Made by a program: the position numbers and the translations under genes. The notes under the pieces were generated by a model. It was not told the DNA's origin. It made no database searches and saw only the letters and a list, made by a program, of their open reading frames with translations. 64,000 nucleotides of DNA from Verrucomicrobiota bacterium (GTDB taxonomy: Bacteria; Verrucomicrobiota; Verrucomicrobiia; Limisphaerales; AAA164-E04). The stretch covers positions 5,600,001 to 5,664,000 of the forward strand of contig CP170459.1 in NCBI GenBank assembly GCA_047947115.1. Reading direction: 5' to 3'. This document shows, piece after piece, positions 9,367 through 19,402 of the stretch; positions within the stretch are counted from its first letter, which is position 1, and the number at the start of each line of letters is the position of its first letter.

Positions 9367-9918
9367 ATGGCAAAAGTCTTCGAAACCATTGACGACTCCA
9401 TCCGTGAGTGGATCAACAACCAGAAAATATTCTTTGTTGCATCGGCACCTCTCTCGGGAGATGGCATGGTCAATTGCTCTCCCAAAGGATTGGACACCTT
9501 CAGGATACTTGGCCCGAGGAAAATCGCTTATCTCGACTACACAGGCAGCGGGGCGGAAACCATCGCACACCTCCGAGAAAACGGACGTATCGTCATCATG
9601 ATGTGTGCCTTCGAAGGTCGACCACGTATCATGCGATTTCATGGAGTAGGTAAGGCACATGAAACAGGTTCCAAGGAATTTGAATCCCTGTCCCAACATT
9701 TCGACAACCTCACAGGCGCCAGGGCAATGATTGTCATCGAAATCCATCGCATCGGAGACTCCTGCGGATATGCCGTCCCACGCTATCAGTATGTGGATAA
9801 CAGAGATGGATTGAACAAATGGGCAGAACAAAAGGGTGAGGAAGGGATTACTCGATACCAGCGTGAGAAAAACCGGGTAAGCTTGGATGGTCTTCCGGCC
9901 ATGCACTTTCCAGACTGA
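9367..9918 (+). CDS. Pyridoxamine 5'-phosphate oxidase-like FMN-binding protein
   Basis: FFVASAP, NCSPKG, YLDYTGSGAETIAHLRENGR, SCGYAVP and SLDGLP motifs. Confidence 0.9.
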   Translation: MAKVFETIDDSIREWINNQKIFFVASAPLSGDGMVNCSPKGLDTFRILGPRKIAYLDYTGSGAETIAHLRENGRIVIMMCAFEGRPRIMRFHGVGKAHETGSKEFESLSQHFDNLTGARAMIVIEIHRIGDSCGYAVPRYQYVDNRDGLNKWAEQKGEEGITRYQREKNRVSLDGLPAMHFPD

Positions 9919-10059
9919 TCAACCGGGTAAATAAAGATCAGGAACAAGTTATGGATGAGCGTCTCAATGACACTCACCCACGCTGAGATCTTGTGAAACA
10001 TGGTTGGTTTCAACATTTTTAAAGCCATATGAAACATCTGGCATGCAAGGACTTCAAGG

Positions 10060-10479
10060 TTACAAAGCCTGCTTCCAATGCATCATTGCCTGAGTCAAAT
10101 GTGCTGACAAGTTGGCGAAAGAGCTTCCAAGCCCCAGCGCATGAGATGCTTCATCTTTCTTTCCGGCCAGAGCCAACTGCATGATTCGCGCGGTCTCTTC
10201 ATGGACTTTGGCATGCAGATCAAAGACTTTTGAATAATCGGGAAATTTGAGCAAGCTGGCTTTTTCACTGTTCAGCCATTTCCCCAACTCACAATGATGG
10301 GGTGACAGGACATGGTTGACTTCGAACTCACTGGATTGTTTGATAGTGGCGTCTTTCAAACGAACTTTCCACATCCCGTGCGCCGAAATGGCCTTCGTAA
10401 TCTGTTTCTTGATTTCGTCGTTCTTTATTGTTGATAGATGTTCAAACCAGATGGAGAAACTCATCTTCCCCACATCCAC
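10060..10479 (-). CDS. Stand-alone CZB (chemoreceptor zinc-binding) domain protein
   Basis: AHGMWK, HHCELGKWL and LHAKVHE give the 3His/1Cys ligand pattern. Start codon uncertain. Confidence 0.85.
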   Translation of the reverse strand: MDVGKMSFSIWFEHLSTIKNDEIKKQITKAISAHGMWKVRLKDATIKQSSEFEVNHVLSPHHCELGKWLNSEKASLLKFPDYSKVFDLHAKVHEETARIMQLALAGKKDEASHALGLGSSFANLSAHLTQAMMHWKQAL

Positions 10480-10509
10480 CTATCGGAACCATGAGGACGA
10501 CCATAAAGC

Positions 10510-10531
10510 CATAATCGACATATCGATTGTG
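10510..10531. promoter_or_regulatory. Candidate operator palindrome
   Basis: CATAATCGA-CATA-TCGATTGTG (9 bp arms, 1 mismatch) between divergent genes. Confidence 0.45.
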
Positions 10532-10591
10532 TATTGAACGTTCAGAAGCTTATGCTAGCATGGTCTTGTTTCACGACCCGCCCTAAAGAAT

Positions 10592-11353
10592 ATGAATACA
10601 GACAAACGCATTTTGGCCGGGAGAACCGGAGCATTTACACTGATCGAGCTACTCGTGGTGATTGCCATCATCGCCATCCTTGCCGGGATGCTTCTTCCTG
10701 CATTGAGCAAGGCAAAGCTGAAAGCGAACCAGATTTATTGCCTGAACAACGAAAAGCAAATGGGCATCGCCATAGCCATGTATTCGGGGGACTACGACGA
10801 ACGATTTCCGTTGGCAAAAAATTGGGGCAGATCCTGGGGGGAATCCTTTGTTCAAAAAGGAGCCACCCAATGGCTCCCTGCCCTGCTTGAACCTTATTTA
10901 ACCCGAAACAACATGACCAACCATGTCGAAGACGCGGACCACTCGGGTCCTCACCCCGTGCCTGAGAAAAGCATCTGGGCATGCCCCACCGGAATCAAAA
11001 CCAAGGATCCCGACGTACCCCGTCTGGATGACTTTCTGGCGGCCAATGATCATGTCACCTATGTCTGGAATCATATTTACTTAAAAAAAGACAACGCCTC
11101 CTATGAAGTGGACCGACCGGTCAGCGGCCGTCGGACAGCGGCAGTGTCATCCCCATCGCGAGCAGTGTTGTTATGGGAAATGCCCTACTGGAACCCACAG
11201 ATCTCGGCACACAAGGACGCACTGAACCTCGTCTTCGCTGACACCCACGCTGAACTGGAGAAACGAAAACTCGACGAGCAGGACTGGTGGCGCTATCACA
11301 GTCGCCGAGGATGGGATGACTCAGACCCCACCGGTAACACCGATTTACAATAA
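10592..11353 (+). CDS. Prepilin-type N-terminal cleavage/methylation domain protein (DUF1559-like)
   Basis: [36 protein letters not shown], and C-terminal H-X9-DT. Confidence 0.9.
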   Translation: MNTDKRILAGRTGAFTLIELLVVIAIIAILAGMLLPALSKAKLKANQIYCLNNEKQMGIAIAMYSGDYDERFPLAKNWGRSWGESFVQKGATQWLPALLEPYLTRNNMTNHVEDADHSGPHPVPEKSIWACPTGIKTKDPDVPRLDDFLAANDHVTYVWNHIYLKKDNASYEVDRPVSGRRTAAVSSPSRAVLLWEMPYWNPQISAHKDALNLVFADTHAELEKRKLDEQDWWRYHSRRGWDDSDPTGNTDLQ

Positions 11354-11382
11354 AACACATCGAATTCATCGAACACTCAATC

Positions 11383-12375
11383 ATGAAGGCAGCATTCATT
11401 CAGGAAACCGGACTACCCGATGTCATTCAATATGGGGAGTTCCCCTCACCCACCCCGGGACCGGGCCAGATCCTGATTCAAACCGAAGCCTTATCCATCA
11501 ATCCTATCGACACCTACATCCGAGCCGGAAAAATTCCGATGGAGATTCCCATGCCATACATTCCCGGATGTGACTTCGCGGGGAAAGTGATCGGATTGGG
11601 AGAAGGGGTCACACAGTTCAAGGAAGGTGACCGCGTTTGGGGGAGCAATCAGGGTTTATTGGGCCGTCAGGGCACCTTTGCTGAACAAATTGCCGTTGAC
11701 GCTTGCTGGGCATATCCCATCCCTGAACCAGTCAAATCCGAGGATATCGCCGCGGTTTCATTGGTCGGCATCACCGCCCATCTGGGGCTCTTTGCGGAAG
11801 CAAACTTGCAGGCTGGTCAGATTCTCTTTGTTCAAGGTGGCAGTGGTGGTGTGGGTTCCATGGTGGTCCAAATGGCAAAAATCGCGGGTGCACGCGTCAT
11901 TACCACTGCTGGCAGCCAGGCAAAAGCCGAAGTCTGTCGATCCTTGGGCGCGGACGAAGTCATTCTTTACAAGGAGTCATCCGTGGCCGATCAGCTCAAG
12001 AACCTGGCTCCCGAGGGTGTTTCTGTCTGGTGGGAAACATTGAGGGAACCTGACTTTGATCTGGCAGTAGCATCCATGGCACCTCGAGGGTGCATGATCC
12101 TCATGGCAGGCCGAGATGCACGCCCCTCGTTCCCGGTGGGTCACTTCTATGTGAAACAATGCCGTTTGCACGGTTTCGTGATGTTTGGAGCCACACCGGA
12201 AGCACAGGCCGACTGCGCGAAGGACATCAATCAATGGATGTCTGAAGGAAAGTTGAAGGCCCGAATTGATCGCGTTTTGAAGCTTTCAGACACAGCAGAA
12301 GCACACCGCCTTCAGGGAGCCAATACTGTGGAAAACTCAGGTGTATTGGCTGGCAAAATCGTTTTGACACCTTGA
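11383..12375 (+). CDS. qor: NADPH:quinone reductase (zeta-crystallin/MDR family)
   Basis: INPIDTYIRAG, PGCDFAG, GGSGGVG, GKIVL; no Zn-ligand cysteine cluster. Confidence 0.85.
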   Translation: MKAAFIQETGLPDVIQYGEFPSPTPGPGQILIQTEALSINPIDTYIRAGKIPMEIPMPYIPGCDFAGKVIGLGEGVTQFKEGDRVWGSNQGLLGRQGTFAEQIAVDACWAYPIPEPVKSEDIAAVSLVGITAHLGLFAEANLQAGQILFVQGGSGGVGSMVVQMAKIAGARVITTAGSQAKAEVCRSLGADEVILYKESSVADQLKNLAPEGVSVWWETLREPDFDLAVASMAPRGCMILMAGRDARPSFPVGHFYVKQCRLHGFVMFGATPEAQADCAKDINQWMSEGKLKARIDRVLKLSDTAEAHRLQGANTVENSGVLAGKIVLTP

Positions 12376-13041
12376 TCACCCGGGGGCGTTACCCTCTTTC
12401 CATTTCACATAAGCATCATGGAACGAACGGGCTGCCGCTTCAATGGCAGTCCAGTCCCCCTGCTTGACAGCTTCTGCAGGAAAAAGAGGCGTGCCCAAAC
12501 CAAAGGCATCCGCCCCAGCATTCAAATACTCGACCATCCGCTCAACCGACACCCCACCAGTCGGCGCGACACGCACTTCCGGCATAGGCGCTTTGATGGA
12601 CTTGATGTAACCCGCTCCAAGCGTATCCGCCGGAAAAATCTTGGCAGCAAGCGCACCGGACTCGTAAGCCCGATACACTTCGGTCGGGGACATCGCCCCC
12701 GGGATGAATGGGATCCGCGACTCCTGACAACATCGAATCACTTGCTCGTTGAAGTTCGGCGTCACGATGAAATTGGCGCCAGCTTCCACGGCTTGATGAA
12801 ACCGCTCACATGTGGTGACGGTCCCGGCGCCAATCTGCATACTGGTTCCCCCTGCCGCTTGAATGGCATGCCGAATTTGCTCCGTCGCTCCATCTGTGTT
12901 CATGGTAATCTCCAACTGGCTTAATCCACCCTTGGAAATCGCCTGGACAATCGGCGCCACGGAATCCAATGGAAATCCCCGCATGATGACCACCAATGGC
13001 ATTTCCCAAAAGGTCGTCTCGTTGAAGGCTGGCTGTTTCAT
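12376..13041 (-). CDS. dgoA: 2-dehydro-3-deoxy-6-phosphogalactonate / KDPG-KHG aldolase
   Basis: LEITMN, IGAGTV, PGAMSPTE, KIFPA and PTGGV motifs; downstream of dgoK. Confidence 0.85.
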   Translation of the reverse strand: MKQPAFNETTFWEMPLVVIMRGFPLDSVAPIVQAISKGGLSQLEITMNTDGATEQIRHAIQAAGGTSMQIGAGTVTTCERFHQAVEAGANFIVTPNFNEQVIRCCQESRIPFIPGAMSPTEVYRAYESGALAAKIFPADTLGAGYIKSIKAPMPEVRVAPTGGVSVERMVEYLNAGADAFGLGTPLFPAEAVKQGDWTAIEAAARSFHDAYVKWKEGNAPG

Positions 13042-13072
13042 GGATATCATTGATTTGTAGATGACGGGAGTT

Positions 13073-14098
13073 TCAAATCAAGACCTTCTGTCCCAACCAG
13101 GAGGCATTATCCAAATCATCGGCGTCCACGAACTGAAGTCGCCCCGCTGTTTCCAAGTGATCGGCTGCCATTCGATACAGCTCGCTGAATCTTGCTCCGG
13201 CAGCGATCAACACAGGCAGAGCCTCAGGATGATGCCGATTGATTTGCAGCAACTCCTCGCCGATCAATAATCCCAACAAAAACCAGATATTGTCCTGCGC
13301 CGAAGCCGAATAAAGCACTCCACGCGTCCTGGCTTGAAACAAACCTCCAAGCAATCCGGTCTGCTTCGCACGCAACACTCCGCACTTGAATGACTCCTGT
13401 TGGGAATCCTGAATCATTTTAAATTTCTGTTCAAAAACGATCTTCAAATCAACCGTTGCCTGTAGAACGCTGTGTCTGGATAAAACCTCCAGCAGCTCAC
13501 CCGTCATGTAGGTTTGAACCGACTGCATCACCCCATCCCGAATCAACACATGCTTGGAATGCGTCCCAGGCACCACCGCGAGACAGTAACCAGACAGCGA
13601 ACGATAGGAAGGCAACGAAAAAACCCCCATCAATTCGGTTTCTTCGCCCCTCATCATTTCATCCTGTGAACAAACACCTGAAATGAGACGACACTCAATG
13701 ACGGTACCGGAATGACATAAAAGCTCCCTGGATTGAATAATCGCTCCGGAACCATCCAGTGGAAAAGGCATGCGGGCGTATGGAAGATCCACCCACCCGA
13801 TGGAAGAGGAGGCCATGCCGGATAGCATCATGCGAATGCTCGCTGCTTTAACACCCTTTGATTCGAGCATGTCCTGACATTCACGAATCAGAAAGTTTTT
13901 GAACAGATCCCCTCGATCAACTCCTTCCTTGACCGACTGGAGATAAATGGATTTCACCCCCACGTCTCGCCTGGTTTCGGCCAATTTTTCACCGCGTTGG
14001 ACATCGATCAGTCGAAGCCGAAAAGAAGAAGTCCCCCAATCGCAACTCAAAAAGAGAGACGAAGCCGGATGATCCTGTGCTGCAGTTTGATTACTCAT
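13073..14098 (-). CDS. dgoK: 2-dehydro-3-deoxygalactonokinase
   Basis: CDWGTSSFR, SGMASSSIGW, MMRGEETE, PGTHSKH, TYMTGE and GLLIGEE motifs. The ORF track start (14515) is overextended. Confidence 0.92.
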   Translation of the reverse strand: MSNQTAAQDHPASSLFLSCDWGTSSFRLRLIDVQRGEKLAETRRDVGVKSIYLQSVKEGVDRGDLFKNFLIRECQDMLESKGVKAASIRMMLSGMASSSIGWVDLPYARMPFPLDGSGAIIQSRELLCHSGTVIECRLISGVCSQDEMMRGEETELMGVFSLPSYRSLSGYCLAVVPGTHSKHVLIRDGVMQSVQTYMTGELLEVLSRHSVLQATVDLKIVFEQKFKMIQDSQQESFKCGVLRAKQTGLLGGLFQARTRGVLYSASAQDNIWFLLGLLIGEELLQINRHHPEALPVLIAAGARFSELYRMAADHLETAGRLQFVDADDLDNASWLGQKVLI

Positions 14099-14180
14099 CA
14101 TCATGTTGTTCAAATTCGAATTGCCTGCCCAACAAGACTTGGATACTGTGAAGCACAGATTCCCAATGAAAGAAAAAAAC

Positions 14181-15374
14181 ATGATCTCCCTGCGTTTCAC
14201 CCAAAATGAAATGGTTCGCCTTTGTTGTGGCGGCCTGCTCACCCTTTCCATTTGGTCGACACATTCTGTCTGCGGACAAATCATGTTGTCCGGCAACGAA
14301 AACAAAATCGACCTGAACTCTGGAGCTGCCGCCGTGGTGACCAATGCAGGCACGGATTCGATCACCATGCTGGATTTCTCAGAATTCCCCCCAAAGACCA
14401 CCCACCTGGACAACATCCCCAATTCGGTCATCGGCCCTCCCTCCAATATTGCCATTTCACCCGACGGAAACCTGGCCCTGATTGCCAATTCCTTGAAGAT
14501 CGATCCCAATGACAAAACAAATTGGGTTCCGGAGTCCTATGTGCATGTGATGAACCTTGATTGCCATCCACCCAAAATCATCGGGCGGGCAAGCACCCAA
14601 GATCAACCGTCCGGCATATCTTTCACGCCAGATGGGAAAATCGCGCTGGTTGCCAACAGGGCCAGCGGCAGCATCACATCGCTTGCGTTGTCTGAAGACG
14701 GTTCGGCCTATACCATTGGGCACACGCAGGTCTGTGAACCGGAACTAAGCCTCTCGGATATCGCCATCAGCCCCGACGGAACCACTGCACTGGCAAGCGT
14801 GCAAAAGGGAAGTTACCTGGCGGAACTAAAATTAGATGGCAATGAGCCGACGGTAACGGGACGCAAATACTCCGTGTATGGCCAACCTTATCGCGTGGTT
14901 ATTTCACCCGATGGACGATATGGCATCACGGCAGGCGCAGGCGCGGGGGGTGATCCCATCGACCCGGACGCGATCACCATCGTGGATTTGAAAGCTAATC
15001 CGCCCGCAGTCATCGATCACATCACTATTGATCCAATCACTGAATCACTGGAAATCAGTCCCGACGGCAAACTCATCGCCGCAGTCTGCATGTCCGGTTC
15101 GAACCTGGCCTCGGACAACCCTCACCGAACCGAAGCAGGAAGTCTTGTGATTTTGAAACGCACAAGAAGCGGATTCGAAGTGAGTCAAAAACTTCCCACT
15201 GGACGCATCCCGGAAGGTGTGGCTTTTACATCAGACGGCAAATACCTGGCAGTTCAATGCCACCCATCAAAGGAAATCTGGCTCTATAAAATCCGTGGAA
15301 CCAAAGTAAGAGACACCGGAGAACGCATCCAAACACCGGGATACCCATCCTCCCTAAGAGCGTCCTCCCGGTAA
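14181..15374 (+). CDS. Secreted beta-propeller lactonase / YncE-like protein
   Basis: Repeated IAISPDG / SFTPDGK blades and a signal-peptide-like N-terminus. Start could be 14166, 14181 or 14211. Confidence 0.8.
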   Translation: MISLRFTQNEMVRLCCGGLLTLSIWSTHSVCGQIMLSGNENKIDLNSGAAAVVTNAGTDSITMLDFSEFPPKTTHLDNIPNSVIGPPSNIAISPDGNLALIANSLKIDPNDKTNWVPESYVHVMNLDCHPPKIIGRASTQDQPSGISFTPDGKIALVANRASGSITSLALSEDGSAYTIGHTQVCEPELSLSDIAISPDGTTALASVQKGSYLAELKLDGNEPTVTGRKYSVYGQPYRVVISPDGRYGITAGAGAGGDPIDPDAITIVDLKANPPAVIDHITIDPITESLEISPDGKLIAAVCMSGSNLASDNPHRTEAGSLVILKRTRSGFEVSQKLPTGRIPEGVAFTSDGKYLAVQCHPSKEIWLYKIRGTKVRDTGERIQTPGYPSSLRASSR

Positions 15375-15391
15375 ACCAACCATCCATCAGA

Positions 15392-16216
15392 CTAATACCC
15401 GGCTTTCAAATCACTGGTGCGTTGAAGGAGCCAATCCCAATCCGTGGTCGGATCGGCGGCGAAACTTCCACCCACGCCTCCCTGAATCGGGGGACGCACG
15501 GTTCCTTCAGGACCATTCACCTGCCATCGATGCCCTTCGGAGTGTCCGTCTGCATAAGATAAGTTTGCGCCCCCGTTGTGGTAACTGGCAGGTAGATTCC
15601 CCCACTCATAATCGCCCAGGCGATTCATGAAAAAACCATCATTGATCGTATCCGGATGCTCCCCGAGGAAAACATGGATTTCCGAAGGACGGCGCACCGC
15701 TGTCGATTTGAAAAACTGCAGATATTTGGGATTAAATTCATCCACCAACACCCCAGGATCACCCACAAGATGGTTCAGGGAATAACTGCGAATGCGAGGA
15801 CCGTTTGCGGCGCGTGTCTTGTCGGAAGGACACCGAAAAACAGCCACCGAATGCCCGACATAAGGTCCCAGTTTACCATGGGTGACGTAGACGATGTTGG
15901 TGTTGTCCGGGGCATTTTCCCAATCCAGCACATGATTCACCCAATTATTGCGATCCTCACGTGTCTGGCCAATGCCATGGTTATTCATCAAACGGTCTTC
16001 ATTGTCATCCGCATACAAGGTCCACCCCAAACTCATTTGCTTGATATTACTAAGACAGGCAACCCCCTGCGCCTTGGCCTTGGCCTTGGACAACGCCGGC
16101 AACAACATCCCCGCCAGAATGGCAATGATGGCAATGACCACCAGCAATTCGATTAATGTAAACCCCGATCTCCGGCCTGACTCAGCGCGGATACGGCCTG
16201 ATAAATGACATCGCAT
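15392..16216 (-). CDS. Prepilin-type N-terminal cleavage/methylation domain protein with H-X9-DG C-terminus
   Basis: [26 protein letters not shown] and [13 protein letters not shown]. Confidence 0.9.
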   Translation of the reverse strand: MRCHLSGRIRAESGRRSGFTLIELLVVIAIIAILAGMLLPALSKAKAKAQGVACLSNIKQMSLGWTLYADDNEDRLMNNHGIGQTREDRNNWVNHVLDWENAPDNTNIVYVTHGKLGPYVGHSVAVFRCPSDKTRAANGPRIRSYSLNHLVGDPGVLVDEFNPKYLQFFKSTAVRRPSEIHVFLGEHPDTINDGFFMNRLGDYEWGNLPASYHNGGANLSYADGHSEGHRWQVNGPEGTVRPPIQGGVGGSFAADPTTDWDWLLQRTSDLKAGY

Positions 16217-16366
16217 TCGACAAGCCTGCTGCGCTGGCCCATTAAAATCAAGCTTGGGATTGAGGCAGTCAATCGGAAGAAAAACGGATATCAGGATGAC
16301 ACTCGCCCCGCCCCTTGTTCAATCGGCCCAATTCGGTCACACCCGAACATAAACCGCATAAAACAA

Positions 16367-16993
16367 TTAAGCACCAACTGCTTTAAGTGCGTTGTGAATG
16401 AAGGCTCGCATTTTAAGGGTGCATTTTCGCCCAGGTTCCGATTCGACACTTGAGGATACATCCACTCCGAATGGTTGGACAGACCGGATCGCATCCTCAA
16501 TGTTTTCAGGCTTCAAACCTCCCGCAAGAAAGAGTGGTTTGGCATAGGGACGAATTGTTTTCAGCACGTCCCATTGAAATGAGTGCCCCGTGCCCCCTCG
16601 CTCTCCGGGGTGATAGCTATCTACCAACCAGGCGTCGGTATTGAAGTCTTTCAAGGCAGCCAGGCTGGATGTGTCATGCACTCGAAACGCTTTCATGGTT
16701 TTCACGCGATAACCCGCACAATCCTCAGGTGATTCTTCGCCATGGAATTGCAACAGTTCGAGACCGCAGGTCTCCAGCGTTTTTTCAACTTCCTCGCGCG
16801 AGGCATTCACAAACACGCCCACCTTGGTTACGCAGGGTGGCAGGGCGGCACAAATCGCCGCAGCAGCATCCACCTCAATAAACCGTTTACTGGAACGGTA
16901 AAACATGAATCCCAACGCATCGGCTCCGCATGCCACCGCGTTTTCAGCGTCGCCCAGACAGGTTATTCCACAAATTTTAACTCGCACTCTCAT
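16367..16993 (-). CDS. trpF: Phosphoribosylanthranilate isomerase
   Basis: VKICGIT, VGVFVN, QFHGEE, GGTG, LAGGL and DVSSSVE. Confidence 0.96.
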   Translation of the reverse strand: MRVRVKICGITCLGDAENAVACGADALGFMFYRSSKRFIEVDAAAAICAALPPCVTKVGVFVNASREEVEKTLETCGLELLQFHGEESPEDCAGYRVKTMKAFRVHDTSSLAALKDFNTDAWLVDSYHPGERGGTGHSFQWDVLKTIRPYAKPLFLAGGLKPENIEDAIRSVQPFGVDVSSSVESEPGRKCTLKMRAFIHNALKAVGA

Positions 16994-17067
16994 CCGATCT
17001 TGCGGATTAAGCTAAGGAGCATTGATTCATTTGAAAAGCGAAAGTCACCCCACAGGCCGGAATGGAT

Positions 17068-17232
17068 TCAAGAAATCCCCTTTAAATCGAGCATACGTTC
17101 AATCACTTTGTCGGTCACCTCACTGATGGTCCGGTTTGGGTTGGTTGGATCGTTTCCACTTACGCCAACTACATTTCGGTCGGTTCCACGCCTCAGTCCT
17201 TTTCCTATTTTCTGCATCAATCGTATCAACAT
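17068..17232 (-). CDS. Possible small hypothetical protein (54 aa)
   Basis: ATG-initiated ORF upstream of trpF in an otherwise empty interval; no family recognised. Confidence 0.3.
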   Translation of the reverse strand: MLIRLMQKIGKGLRRGTDRNVVGVSGNDPTNPNRTISEVTDKVIERMLDLKGIS

Positions 17233-17708
17233 ACACCCATAATACGGTTGAGAGGGGTATTTGGTTACGAACATTTCATGACATTTTTGTCATGTTTTTT
17301 GCGAAAAAGCAAAACACCCCAGCTGATTGAACCGTGTTCAGACGGATAAAAGACGTTCAAATCTGTTAAAGCCATTCAATAAAAACAGGCCCACCGAATG
17401 GTAGATTGCTGCTGATCCAGTAATACTCCCGCTTTCTGATCTCCCGAAAATGGATGTGATAAATGCGCGGAACATAAGGAGAATCACCTCCCAACAGTCC
17501 ACTGGCAAATTCCACATTGGCTTTATCTATGCCTGTTTTAATTTCATTGGAAAGGCTCTTTATCACCACACTGTTTCCTTCCTCCCCCAACACTCCACAC
17601 CATCCCCATATCGGATGAAGAGCCATCACAGAAAACCCCACATAAAAAACGTTTTCGCAGGGCATCCAGAGCGGTGCTGCTCACCGCACTCCTGGGACGG
17701 ACCAGCGC

Positions 17709-19241
17709 TTACCCGGTCGTGATGGAGCGGTGGTCGGTGAACACTTTCTTCAACGAAGTCGCCGCCTTGTCTTGCAAGGCCTGTAAGGTCTCGTAAGCAG
17801 CCACATGTTTCTCGTTGGGCTGGGCTGTTTCCCTGGTGTTGACCTTCACAAATTTATCGGTGATTTCATCGATGGAAATGATCTCGCCCTGTCGCTGACG
17901 CCAACACCACATCGCCTGCAATGCAGCTCCGTAGGCGGCGCCCTCCGCCACTTGCAAGGTCACTACTTCGGCGTTGAACACATCGGCCATGATTTGTCGC
18001 CAGACTTTTGATTTGGCGCCACCACCGGTGGCTCGAATCTGGGTGGGTTTCAGCCCAAGCTTACGCAATCGGTTCAAGCCGTAGTTCATCCCCAAGGTCA
18101 CCCCTTCGATGGCTGCGCGCGCGCGGTGGCTGGCTGAGGAGGTCTGATGTCGATAACCGATCCAAACGCCGGTTCCATCGGGTAAATTAGGTGTGCGTTC
18201 CCCTTCGAGGTAAGGCAGCAACAACAGACCATCCGAACCTGCAGGAACTTTGGCTGCGGCTTTGGCGTATTGATCGTGGGTCCAACCCAACTCCGAACGC
18301 ACCAACTCAGTCGCAACGGTGACGTTCATCGTGCAAAGCAAGGGCAACCATTGGTTGGTGGAATCACAGAAGGCGGCAATGTCACCTTTGGGATCGACCA
18401 CGGGATTGTCGGAACATGCGTAAATGGTACCACTGGTTCCAAAACTTGCCGTCACCACACCGCTGCGGGTGTTTCCGGTCCCAATGGCTCCCATCATGTT
18501 GTCTCCTCCACCGGCGCTGACGAGAACTTCTTCGTTAAGGCCAAGTGCGGTGGCTGTTGCTGATTGCAAGTTGCCTGCCGGTTGATCACTGGAGATGAGT
18601 TCAGGCAACATACCGGGCAACTTGTCGTCAATGGTGGCCATCACCTTGTCCGACCAGGCGCGTTGACGCACGTCCAGCAAGGCTGTTCCACTGGCATCCC
18701 CGTATTCCATGACGGCACGTCCTGTCAGCCAATGATTCAGGTAATCATGCGGGAGCAGGACAGTTTTGAGTCGCTTGAAATTTTTGGGCTCATTCTTCTT
18801 GAGCCAAAGGATTTTAGGTGCCGTGAATCCGGGCAGGATGGCATTGCCGATTTCCTTGATAGCGGATTTCACACCGCCCAAGGCTTCGGTCATTTCCTCA
18901 CACTCGGCGGAAGTGCTGGTATCGCACCAAAGTTTGGCAGGGCGGATCACTTCTCCGGATTTATCCAGAGGCACAAATCCGTGTTGCTGACCGCTGACAC
19001 CGATGGCGCGGACTTCATCTTTGGAGGCCTTGGCAAGTTTGAGGGCTTTCTTGATCGATTTCTCAGTCGCCTCACGCCAGGTATGCGGATGTTGTTCCTT
19101 GGCGCCGGGAGGCAATCCCTCGATCAAGCCATAGGCTTGGGAAGCCTCGGAAACAACCTTTCCGGAACGCCCGTCCACCACCAAAACCTTGGTGGACTGA
19201 GTTCCGCTATCTATACCAATGAACAAGTTTCGCTTTGCCAT
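17709..19241 (-). CDS. xylB: Xylulokinase (FGGY family)
   Basis: GIDSGTQSTK, SGQQHG, LWCD, GGGDN, GTSG, PYLEGERTP and GGGAKS. Confidence 0.93.
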   Translation of the reverse strand: MAKRNLFIGIDSGTQSTKVLVVDGRSGKVVSEASQAYGLIEGLPPGAKEQHPHTWREATEKSIKKALKLAKASKDEVRAIGVSGQQHGFVPLDKSGEVIRPAKLWCDTSTSAECEEMTEALGGVKSAIKEIGNAILPGFTAPKILWLKKNEPKNFKRLKTVLLPHDYLNHWLTGRAVMEYGDASGTALLDVRQRAWSDKVMATIDDKLPGMLPELISSDQPAGNLQSATATALGLNEEVLVSAGGGDNMMGAIGTGNTRSGVVTASFGTSGTIYACSDNPVVDPKGDIAAFCDSTNQWLPLLCTMNVTVATELVRSELGWTHDQYAKAAAKVPAGSDGLLLLPYLEGERTPNLPDGTGVWIGYRHQTSSASHRARAAIEGVTLGMNYGLNRLRKLGLKPTQIRATGGGAKSKVWRQIMADVFNAEVVTLQVAEGAAYGAALQAMWCWRQRQGEIISIDEITDKFVKVNTRETAQPNEKHVAAYETLQALQDKAATSLKKVFTDHRSITTG

Positions 19242-19368
19242 GCGCGCATCCTAATAAGTAGAGCAACACTACATCAAGCAGAACTGAAGGAGTGATGAAC
19301 AGGTGGTGGTGTGTGTGTAGTTGCTGAATTGGATCGTATTATTCCATTTCTCTTACGATTCACCTATC

Positions 19369-19396
19369 TTGACAATGAGGTAGGAATTCTTACTTT
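19369..19396 (+). promoter_or_regulatory. Sigma-70 promoter with overlapping palindromic operator for the vapBC operon
   Basis: TTGACA-N16-TACTTT; near-palindrome GTAGGAATTCTTAC at 19380-19393. Confidence 0.65.
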
Positions 19397-19402
19397 GTAT
19401 GT

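Noticed and set aside
12373..12378. Abutting convergent stop codons (TGATCA) of qor and dgoA
   Set aside because: Common in compact genomes, with no further structure to suggest a function.
13073..15374. Apparent ~400 bp overlap of dgoK and the lactonase-like ORF
   Set aside because: An artefact of longest-ORF starts. The motif-supported starts (~14098 and ~14181) do not overlap.
17366..17665. 99 aa minus-strand ORF downstream of xylB
   Set aside because: No recognisable motifs or convincing start; left uncalled.
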